From: Rhizobiaceae bacterium
Lineage (GTDB): Bacteria; Pseudomonadota; Alphaproteobacteria; Rhizobiales; Rhizobiaceae
Assembly: GCA_039969995.1 (NCBI GenBank)
Contig: JBDVMU010000006.1
Coordinates: 5,618 to 69,617, forward strand
DNA length: 64,000 bases
Direction: 5' to 3'
The notes under the pieces are model-generated. The model worked only from the letters and a program-made list of their open reading frames with translations, was not told where the DNA came from and searched no databases. Below are positions 27,929 to 36,384 of the stretch, piece by piece (position 1 is the stretch's first letter; every line of letters begins with the position of its first letter). The translations under genes and the position numbers were made by a program.

Positions 27929-29543
27929 CCAATGACCGCTTTGACCAGCTTCCTACATCTACACGGAGCTCAATACCGAACTCGAACGAATCAGAGCATT
28001 TTGCGCGAGAAATTGCATCAACTCGCTGTACGCCCACATATTTTCCTCTGCGTCAGAAAATGGGAGTATCATCTCCGATTGAGGATCATCAAATCCGTTC
28101 TTTGTATGCACAATGCGGCATCGGATATCATAGAGAAGCTCAGCGATATCAGGACGGTGATCGTGATCTTTTCGAACGATGTTTACGGTTTTGTCCGTAA
28201 TGCCCTTTTGTTTTTTGCCCAAGATTTCTGAGATTTCCTCATTATCCTCAAAAAACTGCTTTACGTCGTCCAAGGACAAAACCTCCAACACCGTCACTTT
28301 CATTTGCTCACGCTCGCTGGAGCCGATACGTCCACTACCGGAAATTGTTGCAACCAGCTTGGTAAGGTCAGATTCTCGATCCACCCTAAAATTCGGGTGT
28401 TTAAGAATTTTTCGGGCGCCTCTTACTGCTTCGAGCTTGGCGAAGTTTGGGAAGTAATACTCAACCACTTGATAATAAGCCAAAAATTGTAAGAGTGGCA
28501 TTCCGCGAGCGCTTTTCGCATACCAATACAACGAGATCGGCGCTTTGTCGTACTCGAAAGCGGGAAACTGTATGCTACTCGGTTCATCTGAGTTGAAGCC
28601 TCTGGGCCTAACTGGGCCGCGCCTTCGGAGCGTCTTTCGAAGCGCCAAGGCAACTCTCTTTTCAATGTCTAACTGGAGAAAAAGCGAGTTGGAGATCGTT
28701 TCCAGTGCGTTTAGTGCGGAAGTGTACTTTCGTTCGCCGCCAAGAGATATTTTCAAACTTAGTCCTCGGCGCATCCGAGGACGTAAAGCTAGTGCTGCGA
28801 GCTCTTCTGTACCTTCTGATATCTCCACCGAAACCCCATCCGACCGTTCAGCCCGCAGAACAAATTTGTCTTCTTCTTCGCTGCCGCCTTCTTCATCACC
28901 CATTGAAATTTGAGTAAAACCTAATCGTCTTTCCAACATGGACGAACCGTAAGGCTCTCTAGATATAATGGCAGCTTCAATTTCTCCTTTTTTTAGGTCC
29001 GCGATTGCTTCGTAATCGGCCAAAAATGAAAACGACTCAAATTCAATTGAAAGTAATAGAGCTGCCCTTTCTGGGGAGGAAACGCTGATGCGGCGTCCTT
29101 CCTTGCCTGCAGGAAAAAAAACATAAGAATATACACTTATGTCATCTTCATAGTCGACTTCACGGGTTTGAGTTTCAAGCCCTGCGTCCTTTGCTCTTTT
29201 GATAACCGCAGCGGTTTCGTCCGAAATATCCATTGCCCCTCTCAATTAATTATGTCGATTTTTTTAAACGCAGCGCAAATGTACTGAGCAAGTTCGCATA
29301 TCTTCTAGTATCAGAACTGGTAAGAAACAAAGGTATATTTTATCCAGTCGAGTATAATGCACTTGTGCTGAGCAAACTTCAAGCGCTTCGACAATTAGTA
29401 CCTTGAGCTGCCGTTCAAACAAGGTGAAGTATGGGTTGATATCGGGCTCGATGCCGCCGTTGACCGATTTACAGCTCGTCTGTTTTCGACTTCCGCTTTG
29501 CGGAATGTCGATGAGTCCGTCGAAAATGGACCAATGACCGCTT
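27929..29543. mobile_element. Putative horizontally acquired cassette bounded by 13-bp perfect direct repeats (CCAATGACCGCTT)
   Basis: The direct repeats lie at 27929-27941 and 29531-29543. The interior is visibly AT-rich (about 40% GC by eye) against GC-rich flanks. There is a single convincing ORF and no recombinase. Confidence 0.5.
27959..29233 (-). CDS. Hypothetical protein with a C-terminal HEPN-like domain (R-x4-H motif)
   Basis: The ATG at 29233 is preceded by GAGAGGGG and gives 424 aa. The C-terminal half contains LLQFLAYYQVVEYYFP and LLYDIRCRIVHTK, with RCRIVH at 28106-28123. The N-terminal 200 aa or so has no recognisable family. Confidence 0.7.
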   Translation of the reverse strand: MDISDETAAVIKRAKDAGLETQTREVDYEDDISVYSYVFFPAGKEGRRISVSSPERAALLLSIEFESFSFLADYEAIADLKKGEIEAAIISREPYGSSMLERRLGFTQISMGDEEGGSEEEDKFVLRAERSDGVSVEISEGTEELAALALRPRMRRGLSLKISLGGERKYTSALNALETISNSLFLQLDIEKRVALALRKTLRRRGPVRPRGFNSDEPSSIQFPAFEYDKAPISLYWYAKSARGMPLLQFLAYYQVVEYYFPNFAKLEAVRGARKILKHPNFRVDRESDLTKLVATISGSGRIGSSEREQMKVTVLEVLSLDDVKQFFEDNEEISEILGKKQKGITDKTVNIVRKDHDHRPDIAELLYDIRCRIVHTKNGFDDPQSEMILPFSDAEENMWAYSELMQFLAQNALIRSSSVLSSV

Positions 29544-30026
29544 CCCCCCAAATGCAGTCATCAAGCATTTATCGTCATGGTCACAAAGCCCACTCACCGG
29601 CCATACGACCCCGCAAATTCAGCTTGCAGCTAAACGACCAATTAGCCCGCCCCCGGCTTGAGAGTCCAAACTCCAATCCACCGCCGGCAATATGCCTCGT
29701 GCCCCACTTCCCCCACGCCCCCTTCCCCGCTACACTCGCGCCATAGGCCCGTCACGTCGCCGGGCTTTGGGGCGTAAGAACCTCTCCCATAGCGGTCCGA
29801 CATTGACCGCAACAATGTCTCTCTAACCTTCGGGTCGGGGAGGCTTTGGCGTATGTCCAGGGTGCTTCCCTCCACGGGGAAAAACCTAAAGGCCATGGCG
29901 GTCGTCTATGGGCGATTTCTTAACTCCCCGGTCACCAGAGGTTTGTCGCCGCGTGTGGTATTTATCCCTCGCCGCAAAGATGCTGCCTCCGGTGGCCGTT
30001 TTGGTTTTCAAAACGGGAGAACTGCG

Positions 30027-30329
30027 ATGCAAAGCGACTATTATTTCTGGCGCGAACTGTTCGACACATACCAATCCCTGCGCCCATGGCTGCAACTTGC
30101 CTGGCTGATCACCCTCGCCGCACTGGTATTGGCCGCCGGGCGCGGGTTTGGCCGCATGGTCACGCTGATCATCCACCGACCCAAATCAACCCGGCAAAAT
30201 CACCCACCCGCGCAAGGTGAACACGGTGTTCCGTATTTGGAACATATCGACGAAGCGCCCCGCTTAACGGCATACGGCGGCGGCGGCGGCGGCGATGACG
30301 ATGACGATGACGGCGGTCGCCGCGCGTAG
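30027..30329 (+). CDS. Small hypothetical single-pass membrane protein with a poly-Gly/poly-Asp tail
   Basis: The ATG at 30027 lies 6 nt after GGGAGA. The product is MQSDYYFWRELFDTYQSLRPWLQLAWLITLAALVLAAG... and ends GGGGGGDDDDDDGGRRA. Confidence 0.45.
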   Translation: MQSDYYFWRELFDTYQSLRPWLQLAWLITLAALVLAAGRGFGRMVTLIIHRPKSTRQNHPPAQGEHGVPYLEHIDEAPRLTAYGGGGGGDDDDDDGGRRA

Positions 30330-30380
30330 CAGAGGTCGCAAACGGCGTGTGTTGCGGGGGAGGATTACGACGGGGGGAGA

Positions 30381-30635
30381 TGTGGGAGGTGGGTTTTGTT
30401 TGTTTTGCGCTCACGCAGGCAGCTGCGCCGCCGCTCCGCGGGGGCGGCGCGTAAGCGCCGGACGGCTCTTCGCCGTCTTGCACGGGCAATGAGAAGGATT
30501 ACTTGTAGCGGCAACAAACACATTTCCATGGGCCCGTGCCAAGGCCGCGAAGAGCGGCCCGGACCGGTCAGGCCCGCCCCCGCGGTGCGAAGGGGCGTAG
30601 CCCCGACAGCGTGAGCGCAAACCAAACCTCCCGCA
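30381..30635. repeat. Long imperfect nested inverted repeat (hairpin of about 250 bp), either MITE-like or a structured RNA
   Basis: Perfect complementary blocks are 30404-30416/30609-30621 (13 bp), 30436-30447/30574-30585 (12 bp), 30465-30473/30547-30555 (9 bp) and 30480-30487/30532-30539 (8 bp). The outer pair TGTGGGAGG/CCTCCCGCA also matches at 8 of 9 positions. The loop is 30488-30531. Confidence 0.7.
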
Positions 30636-30765
30636 GACATCACCCCTACCTGTAACACTCCCGCGTAAAACTCTCCCCTACCCGTCTCACTCCCAGCACT
30701 CTCCCAAGGCCGGCGCCCGCTCGCCGCCGCCGCCGCCGCCGCTGCCTAAAAATTCATCGCCAAAC

Positions 30766-30795
30766 CTTGACTCCCCGCCCCCATCTTCCTATCTA
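30766..30795 (+). promoter_or_regulatory. Putative groESL promoter (CTTGAC-N-CCTATCT, compatible with alphaproteobacterial RpoH-type and sigma-70 spacing)
   Basis: CTTG at 30766-30769 is followed by 18 nt and then CCTATCT at 30788-30794. The alternative reading TTGACT-N17-TATCTA also fits. It lies 12 nt upstream of CIRCE. Confidence 0.5.
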
Positions 30796-30806
30796 CCAGC
30801 CGCGCG

Positions 30807-30833
30807 TTAGCACTCACATCTATCGAGTGCTAA
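30807..30833 (+). promoter_or_regulatory. CIRCE operator (HrcA binding site)
   Basis: It is a perfect TTAGCACTC-N9-GAGTGCTAA match, about 80 nt upstream of groES. Confidence 0.92.
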
Positions 30834-30913
30834 CACGCGTTTCATTTCTTGATTGAAGAAGCTCCGGGATCGTCAAATTGAGCCGGGGCAGCCTAGTACA
30901 GGATAAATTACAA

Positions 30914-31210
30914 ATGGCTAAAATGAAGTTCCGCCCGTTGCACGACCGCGTTGTCGTTCGCCGCGTCGAAGCTGACACCAAAACTGCTGGTGGCATCATC
31001 ATCCCTGACTCTGCTCAGGAAAAACCCGCTGAAGGTGAAATTGTTTCCGTAGGCTCCGGCGCTCGTGACGAAGCTGGAAAGCTCGTCGAACTGGACGTAA
31101 AAGCCGGCGACCGCGTGCTTTTCGGCAAATGGTCTGGCACAGAGGTCAAAATCGGCGGCGAAGACCTGCTGATCATGAAAGAGTCCGACATTATGGGTAT
31201 TATCGGCTAA
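30914..31210 (+). CDS. groES: Co-chaperonin GroES
   Basis: The product begins [38 protein letters not shown]. An alternative start lies at 30923. Confidence 0.95.
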   Translation: MAKMKFRPLHDRVVVRRVEADTKTAGGIIIPDSAQEKPAEGEIVSVGSGARDEAGKLVELDVKAGDRVLFGKWSGTEVKIGGEDLLIMKESDIMGIIG

Positions 31211-31264
31211 TCGCCGACTCCCAAACCTTTGAAATTCTTGCGCATTTGCGCAAAACAGGAGTAA

Positions 31265-32920
<1,656 letters not shown>

Positions 32921-32950
32921 GCTTGCCGCTACATAGCGTTTAAGATCGAA

Positions 32951-32982
32951 AAAGGCCGGTTCGCAAGAACCGGCCTTTTTTG
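32951..32982 (+). terminator. Rho-independent terminator of groESL
   Basis: The hairpin GGCCGGTTC-GCAA-GAACCGGCC is followed by TTTTTT. Confidence 0.8.
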
Positions 32983-33107
32983 TTGGCACGCACGACAGTT
33001 CGGCTAGACCATACGGCGGCGGCGAACATTGCCCCCCCTGCAGCTCTTTGCCAAAGCCAGCAGCTTTTTGCCAAAAATAGAGCCTTCCCATATGCTGACG
33101 TCAAACA

Positions 33108-34001
33108 ATGACCCGCAGCGGGAGAGCGGCTATGCCGATTGGCGTGATTTCAGTTTATGGGGCGTTGATCGTTTGGGCCGGCCTGCTGATCTATGGTGGA
33201 AGGCGTCGATCCTACCAACCATTTTTGATTTTTGGCATCGGCCTAATGCTGTTTTTGAACGCTGGATATTTCATATCGGGAGCGCCAAACGCCATTGCCA
33301 ACTTCATTGGCATTTATGACGTGCTGATTAATATCGGCCTCGGTTCTGCCAATGAAGCCGCGGCAGTTTCAACCTGCCAGGGCAATGCCTGCACCGTGTG
33401 GGGCGACAGATTTATCAGCCATCCTGCTTGGGGGACGGCGTTCTATGATCGATTTGCCAACGGGTCGGAGTTCAGGTCGACCCTGCTCTATGGTCATATT
33501 CTGTTCAACTCGCTGGCCTTTGTCCTGGTTCATATCCAACTGATGCGCCCCGGCTTTGCAGAGCACAAAAATGCGCACCGCTTGATGGGGCGCGTGTCTT
33601 TTGCAGCGCTGACTCTGAGCCTGATCTGTGCTGTCTGGCTGGCATCCCAACACGGCTCAGTGGACGAATATGGCGGCTCACTTTCCCAATACGGTTTTTA
33701 TTCGATGGTCGCCTTTGTTTATGGATGCGCAATCATGGGCATCGTCGCTATTCGCTCTGGCGATGTGGCGCAGCACCGGGTCTGGATGTTCCGGTTTGCC
33801 GGCTCCATGTGGGGCGCGTTCTGGCTGTTCCGTGTGATGCTGTTCGTCATTGACCCCTTGCTGCGGGAATTTGAAGCTGCCGCCATTTTGATTTGCATTT
33901 GGGGCTCCGCGCCAATGGGGATTGTTCTTGGCGAACTGGTCAGGCGACACCTCGACCGGCCTCAAACTCAAGTGACAACAGCCGCAGGATCAAGCGCCTA
34001 G
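33108..34001 (+). CDS. Polytopic membrane protein, DUF2306-like
   Basis: The 297-aa ORF has about 6 TM helices and the segment HILFNSLAFVLVHIQLMRP...HRLMGRV, reminiscent of DUF2306. An alternative start lies at 33132. Confidence 0.55.
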   Translation: MTRSGRAAMPIGVISVYGALIVWAGLLIYGGRRRSYQPFLIFGIGLMLFLNAGYFISGAPNAIANFIGIYDVLINIGLGSANEAAAVSTCQGNACTVWGDRFISHPAWGTAFYDRFANGSEFRSTLLYGHILFNSLAFVLVHIQLMRPGFAEHKNAHRLMGRVSFAALTLSLICAVWLASQHGSVDEYGGSLSQYGFYSMVAFVYGCAIMGIVAIRSGDVAQHRVWMFRFAGSMWGAFWLFRVMLFVIDPLLREFEAAAILICIWGSAPMGIVLGELVRRHLDRPQTQVTTAAGSSA

Positions 34002-34017
34002 TTCGCCGTCTTCTCCA

Positions 34018-34080
34018 TTCACCGCTCACCGCTCACTGCTCGCCGTTCGTGGCTCGCCGCTCGCCGCTCGCCGCTCGCCG
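34018..34080 (+). repeat. Heptanucleotide tandem repeat (CTCGCCG-type, 9 units) immediately 3' of a stop codon
   Basis: The units are ttcaccg ctcaccg ctcactg ctcgccg ttcgtgg ctcgccg ctcgccg ctcgccg ctcgccg. Confidence 0.9.
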
Positions 34081-34180
34081 CTGTTCAGGACCCTGTCGTT
34101 ACCGGTCGGTATCTTGACTTGCATAGTGCGCCAAACAGTGGATGCTAGAGCCTTATCTCAGCGACAAATCGGAAGCCTAA

Positions 34181-35116
34181 ATGACCAAGGACCGCCCCGT
34201 ATTGGGCATGTTATTGATGCTGGGCTTTTGCGTCGTCGCCCCGATGGGCGATTCCATAGCCAAAATTTTGGGCCCAACCATTCCGCTGTTGCAGCTGCTT
34301 TTCGTGCGCTTCGCAGTGCAGGCGGTTGCTCTGTTCCCACTCGTCGTGCTGAGCGACCGTACATTGCGGACCAGCCCGCGCATATTGTGGCTGATCAGCC
34401 TGCGCACCCTGCTGCATATTTTGGGGGTTGGTGCGATGTTCCTGTCGTTGCGGTTCCTGCCCTTGGCCGACGCTATTGCCATCGCCTTTGTCATGCCGTT
34501 CATCATGCTGTTGCTGGGGCGTTTCGTTCTCAATGAGACGGTTGGCACACACCGTATGGTTGCTTGTGTGGTTGGTTTTATCGGGACGCTGCTGGTGATT
34601 CAGCCGAGTTTTGCCGAAGTTGGCGCGCCAGCGCTGCTGCCTCTATTCGTGGCAGTCGATTTTGCTCTGTTCATGCTGGTTACGCGGCAAATTGCCAAAC
34701 ATGTCGACCCGATTTCATTGCAGACAACAAGCGGGGCAATGGCTGTTGTTGTTCTAACGTTGGTTTATCTGGCAACTCTGCCGTTTGATCATTTTGACGT
34801 TTCAATGGTGATGCCAACGTCATCTGAGGTTTGGCTGTTGGTACTGATCGGCCTGCTGGGAACTTCGGCACATCTGCTGATGACCTGGTCGCTGCGCTTT
34901 GCACCTTCAGCGACGCTCGCCCCGATGCAATATCTGGAAATCCCAGTGGCAACGGTTATTGGTTTCCTCATTTTTGCCGACCTCCCCAACGGCCTCGCCG
35001 CGCTTGGTATTGTCATAACCATTCTGGCCGGGCTCTATGTAGTCTATCGCGAGCACCGGGTGGGGCGTCTGGCCCTCGCCGCAGCCACCTCTCCTGCGGC
35101 ACCGGCAGAACGGTAA
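34181..35116 (+). CDS. DMT superfamily (EamA-like) transporter
   Basis: The 311-aa ORF has 10-TM character and two EamA-like halves. Confidence 0.85.
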   Translation: MTKDRPVLGMLLMLGFCVVAPMGDSIAKILGPTIPLLQLLFVRFAVQAVALFPLVVLSDRTLRTSPRILWLISLRTLLHILGVGAMFLSLRFLPLADAIAIAFVMPFIMLLLGRFVLNETVGTHRMVACVVGFIGTLLVIQPSFAEVGAPALLPLFVAVDFALFMLVTRQIAKHVDPISLQTTSGAMAVVVLTLVYLATLPFDHFDVSMVMPTSSEVWLLVLIGLLGTSAHLLMTWSLRFAPSATLAPMQYLEIPVATVIGFLIFADLPNGLAALGIVITILAGLYVVYREHRVGRLALAAATSPAAPAER

Positions 35117-35180
35117 CCTTCGCCGCGCTGGGCACTTGTGGTAGTTTCACGCCACAACTGCCATTCGCGAGTCGTCGCTC

Positions 35181-35612
35181 TTGCTCAAAATCCTCGCCCT
35201 GTTGCTGCCCGGCCTGATTCCATCCTGGAAATTCTTCAAATCGATTGAGCCTTCGCCACGGGTGCAATGGCGGCTTATATCGGCGACCAACAGAAATGAA
35301 GACACCTGGCGGGAATTTCGTCCCCGCCCGCAACAGGTCTCTGCATTGGAGACGCTGCGGCGGCTGTTCTGGAACCCTGACTGGAACGAGTCGCTGTATC
35401 TCGTCAGCCTTGCCGAACGGCTGACCCAGAAGCCCACAGATCACAGCCATGTTGAAATCAGCCAACGCATCGCACGTCGCGTATCAACCGATTCCATCGG
35501 GTTTAGCCACATTCAATTCCGGCTTGTCTTTGTCCGCCGGGAAAAAGGAGAACTGGTTGAAGACATAACATTCCTGTCGGAGCCCTATCGTCTTGATGGG
35601 GCAGCGTCATGA
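35181..35612 (+). CDS. Hypothetical protein, possibly SdpA-like partner of the downstream HTTM-like membrane protein
   Basis: The 143-aa ORF has a TTG start and an N-terminal LLPGLIPSWKFFKSIEPSPRVQW segment. Its stop overlaps the next gene's start in an ATGA sequence. Confidence 0.5.
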   Translation: MLKILALLLPGLIPSWKFFKSIEPSPRVQWRLISATNRNEDTWREFRPRPQQVSALETLRRLFWNPDWNESLYLVSLAERLTQKPTDHSHVEISQRIARRVSTDSIGFSHIQFRLVFVRREKGELVEDITFLSEPYRLDGAAS

Positions 35613-36301
35613 GCTTCGATACCGCCCTGCGCGCCACCGAGATCCTGATCGCGCTGGCCTTCATTCAACAAAGTGCCGAGCACCTGAAGATGCCGGGCGA
35701 TGGTCGTGCGCTGTTTGGTTTGCGCATTTTGGCATGCCTAGTGCTGTTATCCGGGTTGGCGAGCTTTGGCGCCCTGATGGCGCTTGCTGCCATGAGCTTG
35801 CTCCTGCTGCATCGTTTTCAGGGGCCTTATAACGGCGGCAGTGATCGGATGGGCATTTTGATCCTTTGGTGCCTGCTGTTTGTCCATATCGCACCGTCGC
35901 CCTTTTGGCAGGCTGCGGCCTTCGGCTATCTCGCAGTGCAATTGTCGCTGTCCTATTTCGTATCCGGTTGGGTCAAACTGCTGAACCCGGAATGGCGAAG
36001 CGGTCGCGCATTGCAAGATGTATTTCAGTTCTCCACCTATCCGGTGAGTGAAAACCTGCGCCGTCTGTACCAGCGACCTGAACTTTGCTGGGCAATGTCC
36101 TGGGCCGTCATTTTGTTTGAACTGCTGCTGCCGATTGCGCTGGCCCACCCCTCTTTGCTGATAATTGCGCTGACCATTGCTGCGCTGTTTCATCTGGCCA
36201 ATGCATGCCTTTTCGGGCTGAACCGCTTTATCTGGATCTGGCTGGCCGCCTATCCATCGTTGCTGTGGTTTCAAAGCTTACTCTTTGCCGCTCACAACTA
36301 A
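35609..36301 (+). CDS. HTTM-like (SdpB / vitamin-K-carboxylase-like fold) integral membrane protein
   Basis: The 230-aa polytopic ORF has an N-terminal ALRATEILIALAFIQQ helix and an NGGSDRMGILILWCL motif resembling the HTTM G-D-G-G-D-N block. Confidence 0.55.
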   Translation: MSFDTALRATEILIALAFIQQSAEHLKMPGDGRALFGLRILACLVLLSGLASFGALMALAAMSLLLLHRFQGPYNGGSDRMGILILWCLLFVHIAPSPFWQAAAFGYLAVQLSLSYFVSGWVKLLNPEWRSGRALQDVFQFSTYPVSENLRRLYQRPELCWAMSWAVILFELLLPIALAHPSLLIIALTIAALFHLANACLFGLNRFIWIWLAAYPSLLWFQSLLFAAHN

Positions 36302-36384
36302 AGTTTCAGATCAACAAACCCTTCCGCAAGTGGCTGCATATGCTAGGCTTTGAGAAACTTGCGGATAAGGGAACTATTTGATTC

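Noticed and set aside
27677-28231. A 184-aa plus-strand ORF in the low-GC region.
   Set aside because: Its second half is antisense to the well-supported 424-aa gene. Its first half has no SD sequence or family resemblance. It is probably a chance ORF in AT-rich DNA.
29264-29551. A 95-aa minus-strand ORF just upstream of the HEPN-like gene, considered as a possible antitoxin or partner.
   Set aside because: Its start codon lies outside or at the right 13-bp direct repeat, so it would be a chimeric reading frame. The product is Cys-rich with an odd C-terminus (VHLRCV) and has no SD sequence. I kept it only as a possibility (a decayed fragment or small partner) that needs homology evidence.
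30330-30700. Several overlapping R/A/P-rich ORFs on both strands (for example 30365..30658 minus and 30396..30614 plus).
   Set aside because: They lie inside the GC-rich giant inverted repeat. Symmetric ORFs on both strands with arginine- and proline-rich composition are typical artefacts of GC-rich palindromic DNA.
33038-33075. A short direct duplication, AGCTCTTTGCCAAA / AGCTTTTTGCCAAAAA, upstream of the DUF2306-like gene.
   Set aside because: There are only two imperfect copies of about 14 nt. They could be a regulator half-site pair, but this is too weak to call.
34018-34080. The tandem repeat arrays, here and at the other intergenic sites, considered as CRISPR arrays.
   Set aside because: The units are 7-14 nt and directly abutting, with no unique spacers. 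No cas genes are present, so these are not CRISPR arrays.
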